A stretch of 64,000 bases of DNA from Camelus dromedarius (Eukaryota), in NCBI RefSeq assembly GCF_036321535.1, contig NC_087436.1, positions 64,110,001 through 64,174,000 of the forward strand, in the 5' to 3' direction. The position numbers and the translations under genes are program-made. Below are positions 63,377 through 64,000 of this stretch, one piece after another; within the stretch, counting starts at the first letter, position 1, and each line of letters starts with the position of its first letter. The notes beneath the pieces were generated by a model. The model saw nothing but the letters and a program-made list of their open reading frames with translations, made no database searches and had not been told where the DNA came from.

Positions 63377-64000
63377 TTTAAAACACTTAGTACATGTTCA
63401 ATTTAGAATATATATTCTTATTATCATGTTCTTGTTTTCGTTATTATACCTAATACATAGTATTATGTATGGCATGGATTAGTCTTTATCTGCAGTATTG
63501 GCTTTTTAACTGATATTGCTTGGAACCTAGACAGTTTCATATTGTAATTTTAAAGATTGTAAATATTTCTAAGAAATATGAATACAGTTTATGATATTCA
63601 ATCCAATGTAAAAGGGACAATTTATTAGGTGTCAAAATCCTAAAAAATGACCAAAATCATTATAAAAGATGATATATGTAAAATTTCTAAAGAATTTGAG
63701 ATTAGTTAGCCTGAAGAAGAGAAATGGCAGGCTTTATGTATATGACAAAGGGTACTGACCAAAGAGTTTCAACAGCTAGCAAAAACAGAACAAAGAAAAT
63801 TAAGAAGTGGTGTTTGGCCCAAGCTATAAAAATTTCCTGTCAGCTAGAGTTGTTAAATATCAGCATATGTTACTAATAAAATTTTCTTTCCATGATAATA
63901 TTTTTTTAAAAGAAAGGCTTTTTCCTGAAAAGGATCTATAAACTCTAAGAGGGATTTGGGTTTTAGGTGAGTAAAAATAGCTCTTGGACACAACATCCTT

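Noticed and set aside
1..64000. The ORF track as a set of real genes, or a prokaryotic/viral system (operon, CRISPR, defence locus)
   Set aside because: ORFs are short (140 aa or less), many lack an ATG start, are compositionally biased and overlap repeats; I saw no regularly spaced repeat-spacer array and no recognisable protein domain outside decayed LINEs

Overview
AT-rich, CpG-depleted mammalian genomic DNA, most likely from a camelid (camel/alpaca/llama). The basis is two tRNA-derived SINEs of the Vic-1 type plus cetartiodactyl-style L1 3' ends. The window looks like part of one very long intron. A visible T>A and G>C skew and the placement of strong splice signals suggest + strand transcription (inference). 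I found no complete protein-coding gene, RNA gene, CRISPR array or prokaryotic system, and nearly all ORFs in the track are chance or repeat-derived. Most recognisable content is interspersed repeats: MIR, L2, old and young L1, a MER34-like ERV1 LTR, MLT1/MLT2 LTRs, MER20/MER5/MER94-like DNA transposons and microsatellites. Between them are repeat-free blocks that look like conserved regulatory DNA. The best leads are (i) candidate alternative first exons near 15.5, 35.5 and 44.4 kb, each with ATG, a short ORF and a splice donor; (ii) a candidate 25-nt microexon and several AG|GT recursive-splice-like junctions; and (iii) a ~110-bp ancient-looking palindromic element at 32.5 kb. I could not identify the host gene. 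Repeat family names come from remembered consensus motifs, not a database search, and most repeat boundaries are approximate.
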